Shown: one piece after another, positions 8,585 through 18,979 of the stretch
Numbering within the stretch: the stretch's first letter is position 1
Layout: every line of letters starts with the position of its first letter
Source: Methanobrevibacter sp.
GTDB lineage: Archaea > Methanobacteriota > Methanobacteria > Methanobacteriales > Methanobacteriaceae
Length of the DNA: 64,000 bases
Assembly: GCF_017427765.1 (NCBI RefSeq)
Contig: NZ_JAFRSC010000010.1
Span: forward strand, 998-64,997
Reading direction: 5' to 3'
Translations under genes and position numbers: made by a program
Notes under the pieces: generated by a model
Told to the model about the DNA's origin: nothing
What the model saw: only the letters and a program-made list of their open reading frames with translations
Databases searched by the model: none

Positions 8585-11416
8585 ATGAATAAAAAGATAT
8601 TACTATCTTTCCTTTTAGTTGTTTTAATTGCATTGACTGTAGGTTCAGTTGCTGCAGCAGATGCTGATGTCGATGATGTCATCGCCGCTGAACCTGCTCC
8701 AACAGTACAAAATATTCAACCTGTCAACAATACTGTTGCAGATGTCCAAAGTGCAATTAGTTCAGCTAATGCAGGAGATACTGTTGATTTAAGTAATTTC
8801 GAAAATTATGATTTTGCCGGTTCCGGTGTAACTATTGAAACTGGAATTACTTTAAAAGGTAATGGTAACACTACTATTGCAGGTTTTGGTAACGGTAATG
8901 GATTAGTTTTAGTAAAAGCTTCAAATGTTACTATTCAAGGACTCAAATTCATTGATAATAATCCAGCTAATAAATTTGTTTATAATGGAACCGTTAAAGG
9001 TGTGGGTGTAGCATTTAATGGTGTTACTTCCGGTTTATTAACTAACTGTTCTTTTGTAGATTTCAATAATGCTGTTCGTGGTATCGGTGCAACTAATGTT
9101 GTAATTGAAAACAACGAGTTTACCGGCGGATACAGTACTTGGATTGTAAATGATCCTACTGTAAATGAGGAAACCGGTTCTAAAGTTTTAAATATTTACA
9201 GACAGTCTTCCAATTTCACAATCAGAAACAATGAGTTCATCGGTCAAGTTTTAGATGCTATTTCTATTGCACAAGGTAGTGGATACAACGTTGTTGAAAA
9301 TAACAGATTCATTAATAACACTTATTCCATCTACTTCGGTGGTTCATCCACTAAAAACTCTGTAATCAGAAACAACACTTTCATCAACTGTGGTCAGTTC
9401 ACTGAAGGTAATGTCAGCTGGGACAAATTGCCTGTAATTAGTATTCAAAAAGCTTCCAACGATATTGCTATTGAAGACAACACATTCAAAGCTGTTGAAA
9501 ACAGTGTTTTAATCGCTGCTGAAGAAAGTAATGAAGCTCACGGTTTCCCAAGTTCATTAGGTAATATTAATGTAACCGGAAACACAGTTGAATTATATAA
9601 TGACAGTGTAAATGCAAAATCTGTTGTATTATTCCATGTATTATGCAGAAACGGTACTACATTAAACTTATTCGCTCCTCTCAAAGTCAGCAACAACAAA
9701 TTAGCTGATGGAGTTAGAGAATATGTGGTATGGTATACTGCATGGGGTGAAGAAGTAACTGTATTAAACAATACTGCTAGCGACCTTCAAAAAGTAATCG
9801 ATGCTGCAAATCCTGGTGCTGTAATTGATGTAAGTTATGTATCCGATTTCGATTTCGGTACTAGTGGTGTAACTATCTCTAAAGATAACATCACATTAAA
9901 AGGAAACAATACCAGAATTGTCGGTACTGGTGACGGTAGCGGTTTAGTTTTAGTAAAAGGTTCAAATGTCACTATTCAAGGATTCAAATTTGTTGATGTT
10001 AACCCTAATAACGTTTTCGTTTACAATGGAACCGTTAAAGGTGTAGGTGTAGCATTTAATGGTGTTACCTCTGGTTTATTAACTGACTGTTCATTTGAAG
10101 ATTTCAATAATGCTGTTCGTGGTATCGGTGCAACTAATGTTGTTATTGAAAACAACGAGTTTACCGGCGGATACTCAACATGGATTGTAAATGATCCTAC
10201 TGTAAATGAGGAAACCGGTTCTAAAGTTTTAAATATTTACAGAGCATCTTCCAATTTCACAATCAGAAACAACACTTTCACCGGTCAAGTTTTAGATGCT
10301 ATTTCTATTGCACAAGGTAGTGGAAACAACGTCGTTGAAAATAACAGATTCATTAACAACACTTATTCCATCTACTTCGGTGGTTCATCTACCAAAAACT
10401 CTGTAATCAGAAACAACACTTTCATCAACTGTGGACAATTCACTGAAGGAGATGTTGTATGGAAAGAATTACCTGTAATCAGTATTCAAAAAGCTTCCAA
10501 TGACATTGCTATTAAAGACAACACATTCGAAGCTGTCAGCGACAGTGTTTTAGTTGCTGCTGAACAAGGTAATGAAGCTCACGGTTTCCCAAGTGCATTA
10601 GGTAATATTAATGTAACTGGTAACACTGTAAAATCATACGATAACAAAACTGATGCTAAATCTGTTGTTTTATTCAGTATTTTATGCAGAAACGGTGGAT
10701 TAAACTTATCTGCTCCTATTAATGTAACCGGTAACAAATTAGAAGACGGTATGAAAAACGTTTTATTACAAACTACCGGTGATACATACTTGGACAACAC
10801 AGTCACTGTTGTAAGACAAGCAACTGACATTAAATCCCAAGATTATACCACTTATGCTATTGATTATAACGCTGGTGAACGTGGAGGTTACTTCACAGCA
10901 ACATTAGTTGACGGTTCAGGTAATGCTCTTGCAAATAAGGCTGTAAAAATAGGATTCAATGGTAAAGTATACAACACTACTACTGATGAAAATGGTGTTG
11001 CTAAATTGCAAATCAACTTAGCTAATGAAGGTACATACACTTTCGCTGTTGCATTCTTAGGTGATGACCAATACAATGCTTCATTCATTGTACAAAAAAT
11101 CATTGTTAATAAGAAAACAACCAGTATCTCAGCTGCTGCTAAATCATACAAAGCATCTGCAAAAACCAAATCCTACACAGTAACTTTAAAAACCATCAAA
11201 GGTTCATCCACTGATGGTAAAACTTACCTCAAAGAAGGTAAAACTATTAAACTTACTGTAAACGGTAAAACCTACACAGCAAAAACCAATGCTAAAGGTC
11301 AAGCTACCTTCAAATTAGATATTACTAAGAAAGGTACTTACACAGCTAACATTAACTTTGCAGGTGACAAAACATACCAAGCATCAAAAGCTAGTGCAAA
11401 AATAACTATTAACTAG
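8585..11416 (+). CDS. Adhesin-like protein with duplicated beta-helix domain and C-terminal Ig-like repeats
   Basis: Signal peptide; two near-identical ~347-aa units; 'KTNAKGQATF' Ig-like repeats. Confidence 0.9.
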   Translation: MNKKILLSFLLVVLIALTVGSVAAADADVDDVIAAEPAPTVQNIQPVNNTVADVQSAISSANAGDTVDLSNFENYDFAGSGVTIETGITLKGNGNTTIAGFGNGNGLVLVKASNVTIQGLKFIDNNPANKFVYNGTVKGVGVAFNGVTSGLLTNCSFVDFNNAVRGIGATNVVIENNEFTGGYSTWIVNDPTVNEETGSKVLNIYRQSSNFTIRNNEFIGQVLDAISIAQGSGYNVVENNRFINNTYSIYFGGSSTKNSVIRNNTFINCGQFTEGNVSWDKLPVISIQKASNDIAIEDNTFKAVENSVLIAAEESNEAHGFPSSLGNINVTGNTVELYNDSVNAKSVVLFHVLCRNGTTLNLFAPLKVSNNKLADGVREYVVWYTAWGEEVTVLNNTASDLQKVIDAANPGAVIDVSYVSDFDFGTSGVTISKDNITLKGNNTRIVGTGDGSGLVLVKGSNVTIQGFKFVDVNPNNVFVYNGTVKGVGVAFNGVTSGLLTDCSFEDFNNAVRGIGATNVVIENNEFTGGYSTWIVNDPTVNEETGSKVLNIYRASSNFTIRNNTFTGQVLDAISIAQGSGNNVVENNRFINNTYSIYFGGSSTKNSVIRNNTFINCGQFTEGDVVWKELPVISIQKASNDIAIKDNTFEAVSDSVLVAAEQGNEAHGFPSALGNINVTGNTVKSYDNKTDAKSVVLFSILCRNGGLNLSAPINVTGNKLEDGMKNVLLQTTGDTYLDNTVTVVRQATDIKSQDYTTYAIDYNAGERGGYFTATLVDGSGNALANKAVKIGFNGKVYNTTTDENGVAKLQINLANEGTYTFAVAFLGDDQYNASFIVQKIIVNKKTTSISAAAKSYKASAKTKSYTVTLKTIKGSSTDGKTYLKEGKTIKLTVNGKTYTAKTNAKGQATFKLDITKKGTYTANINFAGDKTYQASKASAKITIN
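8725..10760 (+). repeat. Intragenic tandem duplication, ~1041-bp period (boundaries approximate)
   Basis: GCTGTTCGTGGTATCGGTGCAACTAATG at 9071 and 10112, with long near-identical stretches around both. Confidence 0.85.
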
Positions 11417-11449
11417 AGAGATTATATCTCTCTAACCTTTTTCTTTTTT
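11414..11449 (+). terminator. Hairpin + oligo(T) terminator
   Basis: TAGAGAGAT-tat-ATCTCTCTA followed by T-tracts. Confidence 0.65.
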
Positions 11450-11563
11450 TAGAATAATTTTTAATTCAGATTAATATTCATGTTCTATTTTTCATTCAGT
11501 TTCCACAACAGTTGTTAAATATGATGAATATTAAAAATATTCATATCGTTTTGTGGTGGTAAT

Positions 11564-13741
11564 TTGAAATCAAAAAATGGGATTTTATTCATTTTAGTAA
11601 TTTTAATTTTTTCCATATCTTGCAATATCACTTTTGCACTGGATTTGGATGACAATGATTTGACTCAAAGTAATTTTGCAAGTGATTCATCTATTTCTAG
11701 TGAATTGAGTGATTTTGATAATAGTTTACAAACAAAAAATACTAAAGAAATTACTGCAGGCAATACCGTTGTTGTCACTCCGGATAGCGAAAATCCAAAC
11801 CAGATGGTTAAGCCAACCATACAACCTGCAATTGATGCTGCAAATTCTGGAGATACGATTATACTTAAAGGCAATTTTGCCCACTGCCATTTAACAATAA
11901 ACAAAACAATTAATATTTTGGCTTATAATTCCACATTGGGACCTTGCCCTCTTTATGAAAGTGAAGGTGCCGGCAGTTTGGGTGTATTTTATATAACTGG
12001 AGGTGGAAGCGGATCTGTAATAAATGGAGTTAATCTTATTAACAATGCCCGAGCTAAAACTCCATTTGGTTTTTTAATTCGAGGAGCAAACAATATTTCA
12101 ATAAACGATTGCACCATTGACTATCAGGATTTGAGTGATTATAAATTCAAGGGGATTGTAATTGAAAATTCAAATAATATTCATTTGTCAAATCTAATTA
12201 TTAACAATACTATTGATGGAATCAAAATCATTAACTCTTCCAATATCGATATCAAAGGAGATATAATACGAAATAGTGAAAATCAAGCAATATCAATAAT
12301 TGGGAATTCAGAAAATATTAATGTAATCAATAATTCAATTATCCAAAACAAAAATTGGGGCGTAAATCTGGCAAGTGCAAATTACATCAGTTTTTTAAAT
12401 AATATTATTAAGAATAATGGTTTGGATAATGATGATATCGGTTCTGGAATCTATGTAAACACAAATATTACCAGTTTGGTTGTTAAAGGCAACATATTCA
12501 TTAACAATGGTCTTCATGCCATAATGTATGATTATCGTGCAAGAAACCTGAATAATGAGGAAGGTGCTGAAAACTTAACAATAGTTGACAATAACTATTT
12601 TGAAGGCCATAGCTCAATGGTACTTCATCACAGAACATATCTGGAACGTGATTATGGGTATCTAAAATATGATGCTGAAAATGATGTTTTCGGTGATGTG
12701 GGTGAGGGAACTTACGCTGAAGGCAAATCATATGTTTACATGAGACATGCGCTGATATTTAATGATGTGCCGTGCGGCTTTACATATTACTCTCCTAGCA
12801 TTCCTTGGACTCTGGAAGCACCTGCAAATAACGGAAAATATGACTTTTCTTTGAGATTAAAAATAGAACAGGTAAAAAATGGGGTTTATAAGGTTTCTAT
12901 TGTTGACTGTGATGGAAAAATTGCAAGTGATTTTAACTCTTTTGACATGATATTTTTCCTAAACAATTGCACAACTTCAAAACCGCAGCAAAATGATGTT
13001 TACAAAAAAGTTTCAATTAAAAATGGTGTTGCTGTAGCTGATTTTAGAGATGTTTACGCATCTTTTAAAAGCACAGGTAATGTAATAACTGCAGTTTTCC
13101 CAGGATCATCACAATATGTTGCAAATAATTTTAATGTTAAATTCAGTGTTAAAGATTCAGATATTCCAATCAATCCATCTACAAAAATAATTGCGTCTAA
13201 ATTAACCACATATCCTTTATCAGATTGTTATTATTCAGTTAAATTAGTCAATAGTAAAGGAAAAGCTATTGGAAATCAAAAAATAACTTTCAAATTCAAT
13301 GGTAAAACTTATAGTTCAAAAACAGACAGCAAGGGAATCGCTAAAGTAAAGGTTTCTTTATCAGGTAAAAAAACATATTCCGTGACAATATCTTATGCCG
13401 GAAACAATGATTATAAGAGTACAAAAGCAACTTCAAGCATCATTGTTAAGACAGGAAGTAAAAAGTCTGTAATTAAGGCGTCTAATATTAAAGTTAAAAA
13501 GAATAAAAAGAAAACTTATCAATTCAGATTAACTGATTCATCCGGAAAAGGTCTGAAAAATCAAAAAGTGACTGTAAAATTGAATGGCAAATCATTTTCC
13601 ATCAAAACCAACAGTAAAGGCATTGCAAAAATCTCTTTTAAGTTGAGCAAAGCAAAAAAATATAAAATTTCAATGGTTTTCCTAGGAGATTTGAAGTTTA
13701 AAGCAGTTTCTAAAACAAAAACTGTTACAGTTACAAAATAA
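11564..13741 (+). CDS. Adhesin-like beta-helix protein with Ig-like repeats
   Basis: TTG start after GTGGTGGT, signal peptide, beta-helix repeats, Lys-rich Ig-like C-terminus. Confidence 0.85.
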   Translation: MKSKNGILFILVILIFSISCNITFALDLDDNDLTQSNFASDSSISSELSDFDNSLQTKNTKEITAGNTVVVTPDSENPNQMVKPTIQPAIDAANSGDTIILKGNFAHCHLTINKTINILAYNSTLGPCPLYESEGAGSLGVFYITGGGSGSVINGVNLINNARAKTPFGFLIRGANNISINDCTIDYQDLSDYKFKGIVIENSNNIHLSNLIINNTIDGIKIINSSNIDIKGDIIRNSENQAISIIGNSENINVINNSIIQNKNWGVNLASANYISFLNNIIKNNGLDNDDIGSGIYVNTNITSLVVKGNIFINNGLHAIMYDYRARNLNNEEGAENLTIVDNNYFEGHSSMVLHHRTYLERDYGYLKYDAENDVFGDVGEGTYAEGKSYVYMRHALIFNDVPCGFTYYSPSIPWTLEAPANNGKYDFSLRLKIEQVKNGVYKVSIVDCDGKIASDFNSFDMIFFLNNCTTSKPQQNDVYKKVSIKNGVAVADFRDVYASFKSTGNVITAVFPGSSQYVANNFNVKFSVKDSDIPINPSTKIIASKLTTYPLSDCYYSVKLVNSKGKAIGNQKITFKFNGKTYSSKTDSKGIAKVKVSLSGKKTYSVTISYAGNNDYKSTKATSSIIVKTGSKKSVIKASNIKVKKNKKKTYQFRLTDSSGKGLKNQKVTVKLNGKSFSIKTNSKGIAKISFKLSKAKKYKISMVFLGDLKFKAVSKTKTVTVTK

Positions 13742-13903
13742 TTTGTATAACATTATAAATATTATTTCGAATAGAATTAGTATCATCGTTATATAATTAA
13801 GTTCTAATTGATTTGATTAAAATCATTATTTTGAACTATTTTAATTTAATTGAATATTATTATTCTTTAATTATTATTTAAATATTATTTAGGGGTGAGA
13901 TAA

Positions 13904-16900
13904 ATAAAAACAGTTAAATTTAGTTTAATACTACTATTTATCTTAATTTTTTCGATAGTAGTGATTGGTACGGTCAGTGCTACTGATGCTAATGATATAT
14001 CAGTTAATGATAGTTTTGATTCTATTCAGAATTTGATTGATGAGTCAAGTGCGGGGGATTCAGTTTATTTGGATGGAAAAACATATGTTGGAAACGGATC
14101 TGCAATAAAAATTAATAAGGATATTTCCATTTATGGATCAAATACATCTAAAACCATCTTAAATGCCAATTATAATTCTAATATTCTTGTTATTTCTAAA
14201 AACGTTAATGTGAATCTTTTTGGATTAACATTCATTAACGGTAAAACCACTAAAAATGGCGGTGCTATAGATAACGCTGGGAATTTAGTCATTTCTGGCT
14301 GTTGTTTCACTGGTAATACTGCTTATAACTATGATAAAGGAAGAGTCAATGGTGATGGTGGTGCCATAAATAATGATGGCACTTTAGTAATATCAAATAG
14401 TGAATTTCTTAATTCCTATTCATATAATGGAGGTGCAATAAGGGGTCAGAAAAATTCACTTATTACAGCTACAAACTGTTCATTTCTTGATAATGCAGCA
14501 ACATATGGTGCTTCAATTGATGCTTATTTTGCAAATTCAAAAATTATTAACTGTACATTTATAAACTCTAAAAGCCATGAAGGCGGGGCAATCTACAATC
14601 GATTCAGCGAATTTTTGCTTATTGATTCTATTTTTATCAACAATACTGCAGCACGTGGTGGTGGAATCTATAACAATAGAGGATATCTGAAAATTTTCGA
14701 TTCACAGTTTTATTCAAATTCCGTCACTGATTTGGGTGGTGGTGTAAAAAGCTGGGGAATGTGTGATATTTCTAATTGCATCATCAAGAATAACTCTGCC
14801 GAACGTGGTGGTGGAGTTTACATCTCTGAATATCTCATGAACGTTGTAAACACTGTCATTGAAAATAATAGGGCAAATGATGGTGGTGGAATAATTGCCG
14901 AGGCATCCGGCAGTTTGAATATCAGAAATTCATCAGTATGCAATAATTTTGCAGAATTAGGTGGTGGAATAGACGCTAACTGGGGATATCTCAATTTATC
15001 TGATTGTGTGATAAACAATAACTATGCAAGTGACCGTGGCGGTGGAATCGCATGTGTTTCATTTACAGCACAGGTTTCAAATGCCACCATAAACAATAAC
15101 TACGCCAAATACGGCGGCGGAATCTATATTGGAGATATTTCAGTTAATTTTTCAGACTGTATATTGAATAACAATTCCGCAAGTTATGGTGGCGCTATTT
15201 ACAGTATTGGAAAATCAGATTTAACCAATTTTAACATTCAAAATAATCATGCGAGTAATGGTGGTGCCATTTATAATGTTGGAAAATCAGATTTAACTAA
15301 TTTCAGCATGGTAAATAATTCTGCCAGTTATGGTGGTTCTGTTTACAATAACGGTTATTTAAATCTATTGGATTCTGAAGTAATGTCTAATACTGCATTT
15401 GACGGTGCTGCTTTTTATAATAATAATGTTTTAAATGTTCTAAATTCAGATATTGGAAAAAATGTGGCAAAATCCAATGGTGGTGTCGCATATAATAACA
15501 GAAATCTAACATTGGCCAATAATAATTTTTATTCAAACGAAGCAACTCTTGGTGGAGGAATATTTAATAGAAAGTTTTCAACACAAATCTACAATTCTTC
15601 TTTTGAAGACAATAAGGCAAGTAGAGGTGCAGTTATTTATAATTACGCTGATTTAATCATTGATAATGCGGATTTCTTAAATAATAAAGTTACCCACACA
15701 TATGGAATAATTGGTGTTAATTCAGGAAACGTCACTATCTCAAATTCATTATTCAAATCAAACACAGGTTCCGATGAGGGTGGTGTGATGTTTATCAGTG
15801 ACGCTGAAGTGTTAATCAATAACTCCCAGTTTATTTCCAACAATGCTTTAAGTTATGGTGGAGCTATTGATAATGCAGGTAATTTGACTATAATAAATTC
15901 ATTATTCGATAAAAATCGAGCTTATGGCGCTGGAGCTATTGATAATGGCGGAAATTTAAACATAGTTAATTCAAAATTCACGAATAACCAGGCAACCAAA
16001 AATGGTGGGGCCATTGACAATAACAGATTATTGAATATAATAGGATCTGTTTTTGAAAACAATATTGCTGGCGCTCAGGGCGGAGCAATCATTGCAAGAA
16101 AAGATATCAACATATCTTACAGCTCAATATTTAATAATAAAGCTTCTTCAGGGGATGCAATATATTTCAATAATAAAAACAGTAACCTGACAAATAACTG
16201 GTGGGGAACCAACAGTCCAATTTTTAATCAGCTATTCAATGAACATATTTCAGATAATCTAAATTGGATTGTAATGAACTTTAAATCTTCTTCCAAGCTA
16301 ATGCAATATGAAAACGCTAATTTCGTAATTTCTTTTAATGAAGTTAAAAATAATAATGGGTCCGTTTCAAAATTGGATGCTCCGGAATTGTTGCCAACAT
16401 TTGAAGTAAGTTTATCTACCGGAAATGTAAATGTGTCTAAAGGTTACATTTCTAAAACAATAACCCTACCTAAAAAATCAACATTTACTGCAAAACTCCA
16501 CAATCAAAGCTTTAGTTTATCTGTTTTGTCAAACCCTACAAAAATCACCAGCAATAAAAATGTAGTCGTTGATTATAGTGGTAAGGTCACCTTTAAAGTC
16601 CGCATCATCGGCAGTAATGGCAAGTATGTAGGTAAAAATGAAGCGGTTGTTATGAAAGTATCTGGAAAGTCTTACACTGTTAAAACTGATAAGAATGGTT
16701 ATGCTTCTAAAACATTCAGTTTAACTCCGGGTAAGTATACAATAACAACTTCATATAAATGGTTAACAGTTAAAAATACAATAACAGTCAATAAGGTCTT
16801 AAAAGCCAGTGGCAAAACAGTTAAGAAATCTAAAAAAATCAAATATACTGCAAGTCTAAAAACAAGTAAGGGCAAAGCTATTTCCGGCAAGAAAATAACC

Positions 16901-17050
16901 TTTAAAATTAATGGAAAAACTTACAGTGTCAAAACAAACAAAAAAGGTATTGCTACTGTTAATTTTAAGAATTTAAAAGTAGGCAAATATTCTGTTGTTG
17001 TAAAATACTTGGACTCCCAGGTCAAAACAACTCTTAAAGTTAAAAAATAG
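13904..17050 (+). CDS. Adhesin-like protein (GGAI repeat beta-helix + Ig-like); probable ATA start at 13904
   Basis: ORF track start 13961 cuts the signal peptide; GGGGTGAG RBS, in-frame TAA at 13901, then ATA-AAA-ACA... gives a complete signal peptide. Confidence 0.85.
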   Translation: MKTVKFSLILLFILIFSIVVIGTVSATDANDISVNDSFDSIQNLIDESSAGDSVYLDGKTYVGNGSAIKINKDISIYGSNTSKTILNANYNSNILVISKNVNVNLFGLTFINGKTTKNGGAIDNAGNLVISGCCFTGNTAYNYDKGRVNGDGGAINNDGTLVISNSEFLNSYSYNGGAIRGQKNSLITATNCSFLDNAATYGASIDAYFANSKIINCTFINSKSHEGGAIYNRFSEFLLIDSIFINNTAARGGGIYNNRGYLKIFDSQFYSNSVTDLGGGVKSWGMCDISNCIIKNNSAERGGGVYISEYLMNVVNTVIENNRANDGGGIIAEASGSLNIRNSSVCNNFAELGGGIDANWGYLNLSDCVINNNYASDRGGGIACVSFTAQVSNATINNNYAKYGGGIYIGDISVNFSDCILNNNSASYGGAIYSIGKSDLTNFNIQNNHASNGGAIYNVGKSDLTNFSMVNNSASYGGSVYNNGYLNLLDSEVMSNTAFDGAAFYNNNVLNVLNSDIGKNVAKSNGGVAYNNRNLTLANNNFYSNEATLGGGIFNRKFSTQIYNSSFEDNKASRGAVIYNYADLIIDNADFLNNKVTHTYGIIGVNSGNVTISNSLFKSNTGSDEGGVMFISDAEVLINNSQFISNNALSYGGAIDNAGNLTIINSLFDKNRAYGAGAIDNGGNLNIVNSKFTNNQATKNGGAIDNNRLLNIIGSVFENNIAGAQGGAIIARKDINISYSSIFNNKASSGDAIYFNNKNSNLTNNWWGTNSPIFNQLFNEHISDNLNWIVMNFKSSSKLMQYENANFVISFNEVKNNNGSVSKLDAPELLPTFEVSLSTGNVNVSKGYISKTITLPKKSTFTAKLHNQSFSLSVLSNPTKITSNKNVVVDYSGKVTFKVRIIGSNGKYVGKNEAVVMKVSGKSYTVKTDKNGYASKTFSLTPGKYTITTSYKWLTVKNTITVNKVLKASGKTVKKSKKIKYTASLKTSKGKAISGKKITFKINGKTYSVKTNKKGIATVNFKNLKVGKYSVVVKYLDSQVKTTLKVKK

Positions 17051-17052
17051 AT

Positions 17053-17070
17053 GAGGATTAATCAATCCTC
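17053..17070. terminator. Hairpin between convergent genes
   Basis: GAGGATT-aatc-AATCCTC fills the gap between two stop codons. Confidence 0.55.
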
Positions 17071-18819
17071 TTATTTAATTTTTATAAGTGCTGTTTTTGT
17101 AGAAGGCATGTAATAATCATCGCCTGAAAATTTAATATTCGCTTTAAATGATCCTTTTTTATTTAATTTAATGTTAAATGTTGCTTTACCATTGTTATTG
17201 GTTTTTGAGGTATATGTTTTACCGTTAACAGTTAATCTAACGGGCTTTCCTTTAAGCGCTTTGGACTTTGATTTTAAAGTAATTGTATATGATTTGGTCT
17301 TTGCTGTCTGTTTAAATGTTTTTGATTTGGCAGTAATTGAAGTTGACTTAACAGTAACTGTTGATGATGAAAATATCTTTTGAGCTATGCTGATTTTAGT
17401 GACGGTATAATTTTGGGTATAGTTTTTTCCTAAAACAGTCACGTTAGTAATTGTTGAAGGATTTTTGAAATGCAAATCGTTTAGGATTGCGTTATCTTTG
17501 TTACTAAAATAAATTCCTGTGATTGTAAATGAATTATTGATGATGAATGTCAGATTGCTTAAAAGACTTCTTTCTGTTTTAATATATATTGATTTTTTTC
17601 CTTCATTGTAAAAATTGGAATTGATTAAACTGATTTTTTCCCCAATGGTGTAAATTGCACTACCTGAAGTTGCCTGATTTGTGATAAATGTTGAATTATT
17701 TATTAATCCATTTTTACTCAGATATACTGCGCCGCCTTGTGTTGTTGCTGTGTTTTTTGTAAACGAAGAGTCCTGAACCGCCCCATATTTTTGGAAATAA
17801 ACTGCTCCGCCTAATTTTCCTCTGTTGTTAGTGAATGTTGAATTTTTTATTTTTCCGGTTTCCTTAAAGTACAATGATCCGCATTCCCTTATGGCGCTGT
17901 TGTTAATAAATATTGAGTTTTCAACGTCGCCTTCTGATTTGAAAAATACTGATCCGGCAAACATTCCGGTGTTGTTTATGAATTGTGAGTTTTTAATATC
18001 AATATATTCTTCACTTGTTATTCCTCCACCGTATCCTATGGCGTTATTTTTAAGAAATGTTATGTTGTTTACGGTTCCTTTGGTATAAAAGTAAATTGCA
18101 CCACCATCTCCGCCGGTATTTTCCGTTAATGTTGAGTTTGTGATGGTTCCATACGCACTGAAGTATATTGCACCTCCAAGAAATGTTGCATAATTATGGT
18201 TGAATTTCGAATTTATAATTTTGCTGTTTTCTTCAAAAGAAACTGCTCCGCCAAATACTGCAGTGTTATTCTCAAAATTTGAGTTTATAATTGTCCCGTC
18301 ATGGTTAAAACTAACTCCACCGCCGCTACCTGGTGTTTCACTATTTTTAATGCTGGAATCAAGAAGTGTTCCGTTTAATCCGTTCCAATAAACAGCACCT
18401 CCATTTGAGCTTGCATATGCATTAATAAGTGTGATATTTTTTAAGACAACATTATCTGACATAATATTAAATATTCTGGCCTGTTTATTGGCATTAATAG
18501 CATGTCCTTTCCCGTCGATGATTAAACCATCAATATCAACAGGAATTCCGTTTATGAACTGCCCGTCATGTTCGCTATTGAATGCATAGTCTTTATGCAG
18601 TTCCAATATTTTTGTTTCATTAACATTTTTAATTTCACTAAAAAGAGTTGAAAAATCATTAATTTCATTATTTTGGAGCCTACTATCATTAACTGAACTT
18701 AAATCATTATTAAAACTATCATTTGTTCCTGATGCTGTAACACAGGATAAATTTATGACAATAAACAAAATCAGAATAATAAAAATCAATTTATTTTTGA
18801 TAGTGTTCCCTCCTTTCAT
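17071..18819 (-). CDS. Adhesin-like protein (GGAVxF repeats + Ig-like); alternative ATC start at 18801
   Basis: Signal peptide, GGAV/GGAI repeats, 'KTNNNGKATF' Ig-like domain. Confidence 0.85.
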   Translation of the reverse strand: MKGGNTIKNKLIFIILILFIVINLSCVTASGTNDSFNNDLSSVNDSRLQNNEINDFSTLFSEIKNVNETKILELHKDYAFNSEHDGQFINGIPVDIDGLIIDGKGHAINANKQARIFNIMSDNVVLKNITLINAYASSNGGAVYWNGLNGTLLDSSIKNSETPGSGGGVSFNHDGTIINSNFENNTAVFGGAVSFEENSKIINSKFNHNYATFLGGAIYFSAYGTITNSTLTENTGGDGGAIYFYTKGTVNNITFLKNNAIGYGGGITSEEYIDIKNSQFINNTGMFAGSVFFKSEGDVENSIFINNSAIRECGSLYFKETGKIKNSTFTNNRGKLGGAVYFQKYGAVQDSSFTKNTATTQGGAVYLSKNGLINNSTFITNQATSGSAIYTIGEKISLINSNFYNEGKKSIYIKTERSLLSNLTFIINNSFTITGIYFSNKDNAILNDLHFKNPSTITNVTVLGKNYTQNYTVTKISIAQKIFSSSTVTVKSTSITAKSKTFKQTAKTKSYTITLKSKSKALKGKPVRLTVNGKTYTSKTNNNGKATFNIKLNKKGSFKANIKFSGDDYYMPSTKTALIKIK

Positions 18820-18979
18820 AAATATTGTTTTTTCAATTAATTTCTATATGTATTTTTAGTTAATTCGGTTAAAAAATTTTGCCATATATTCTTTATTTTA
18901 ATAAATAAAATGGAATATATTAAATATGGCGATTGTTATATAATTATACATTGAAAATTTTAATTAAATAGGGGAAAAT

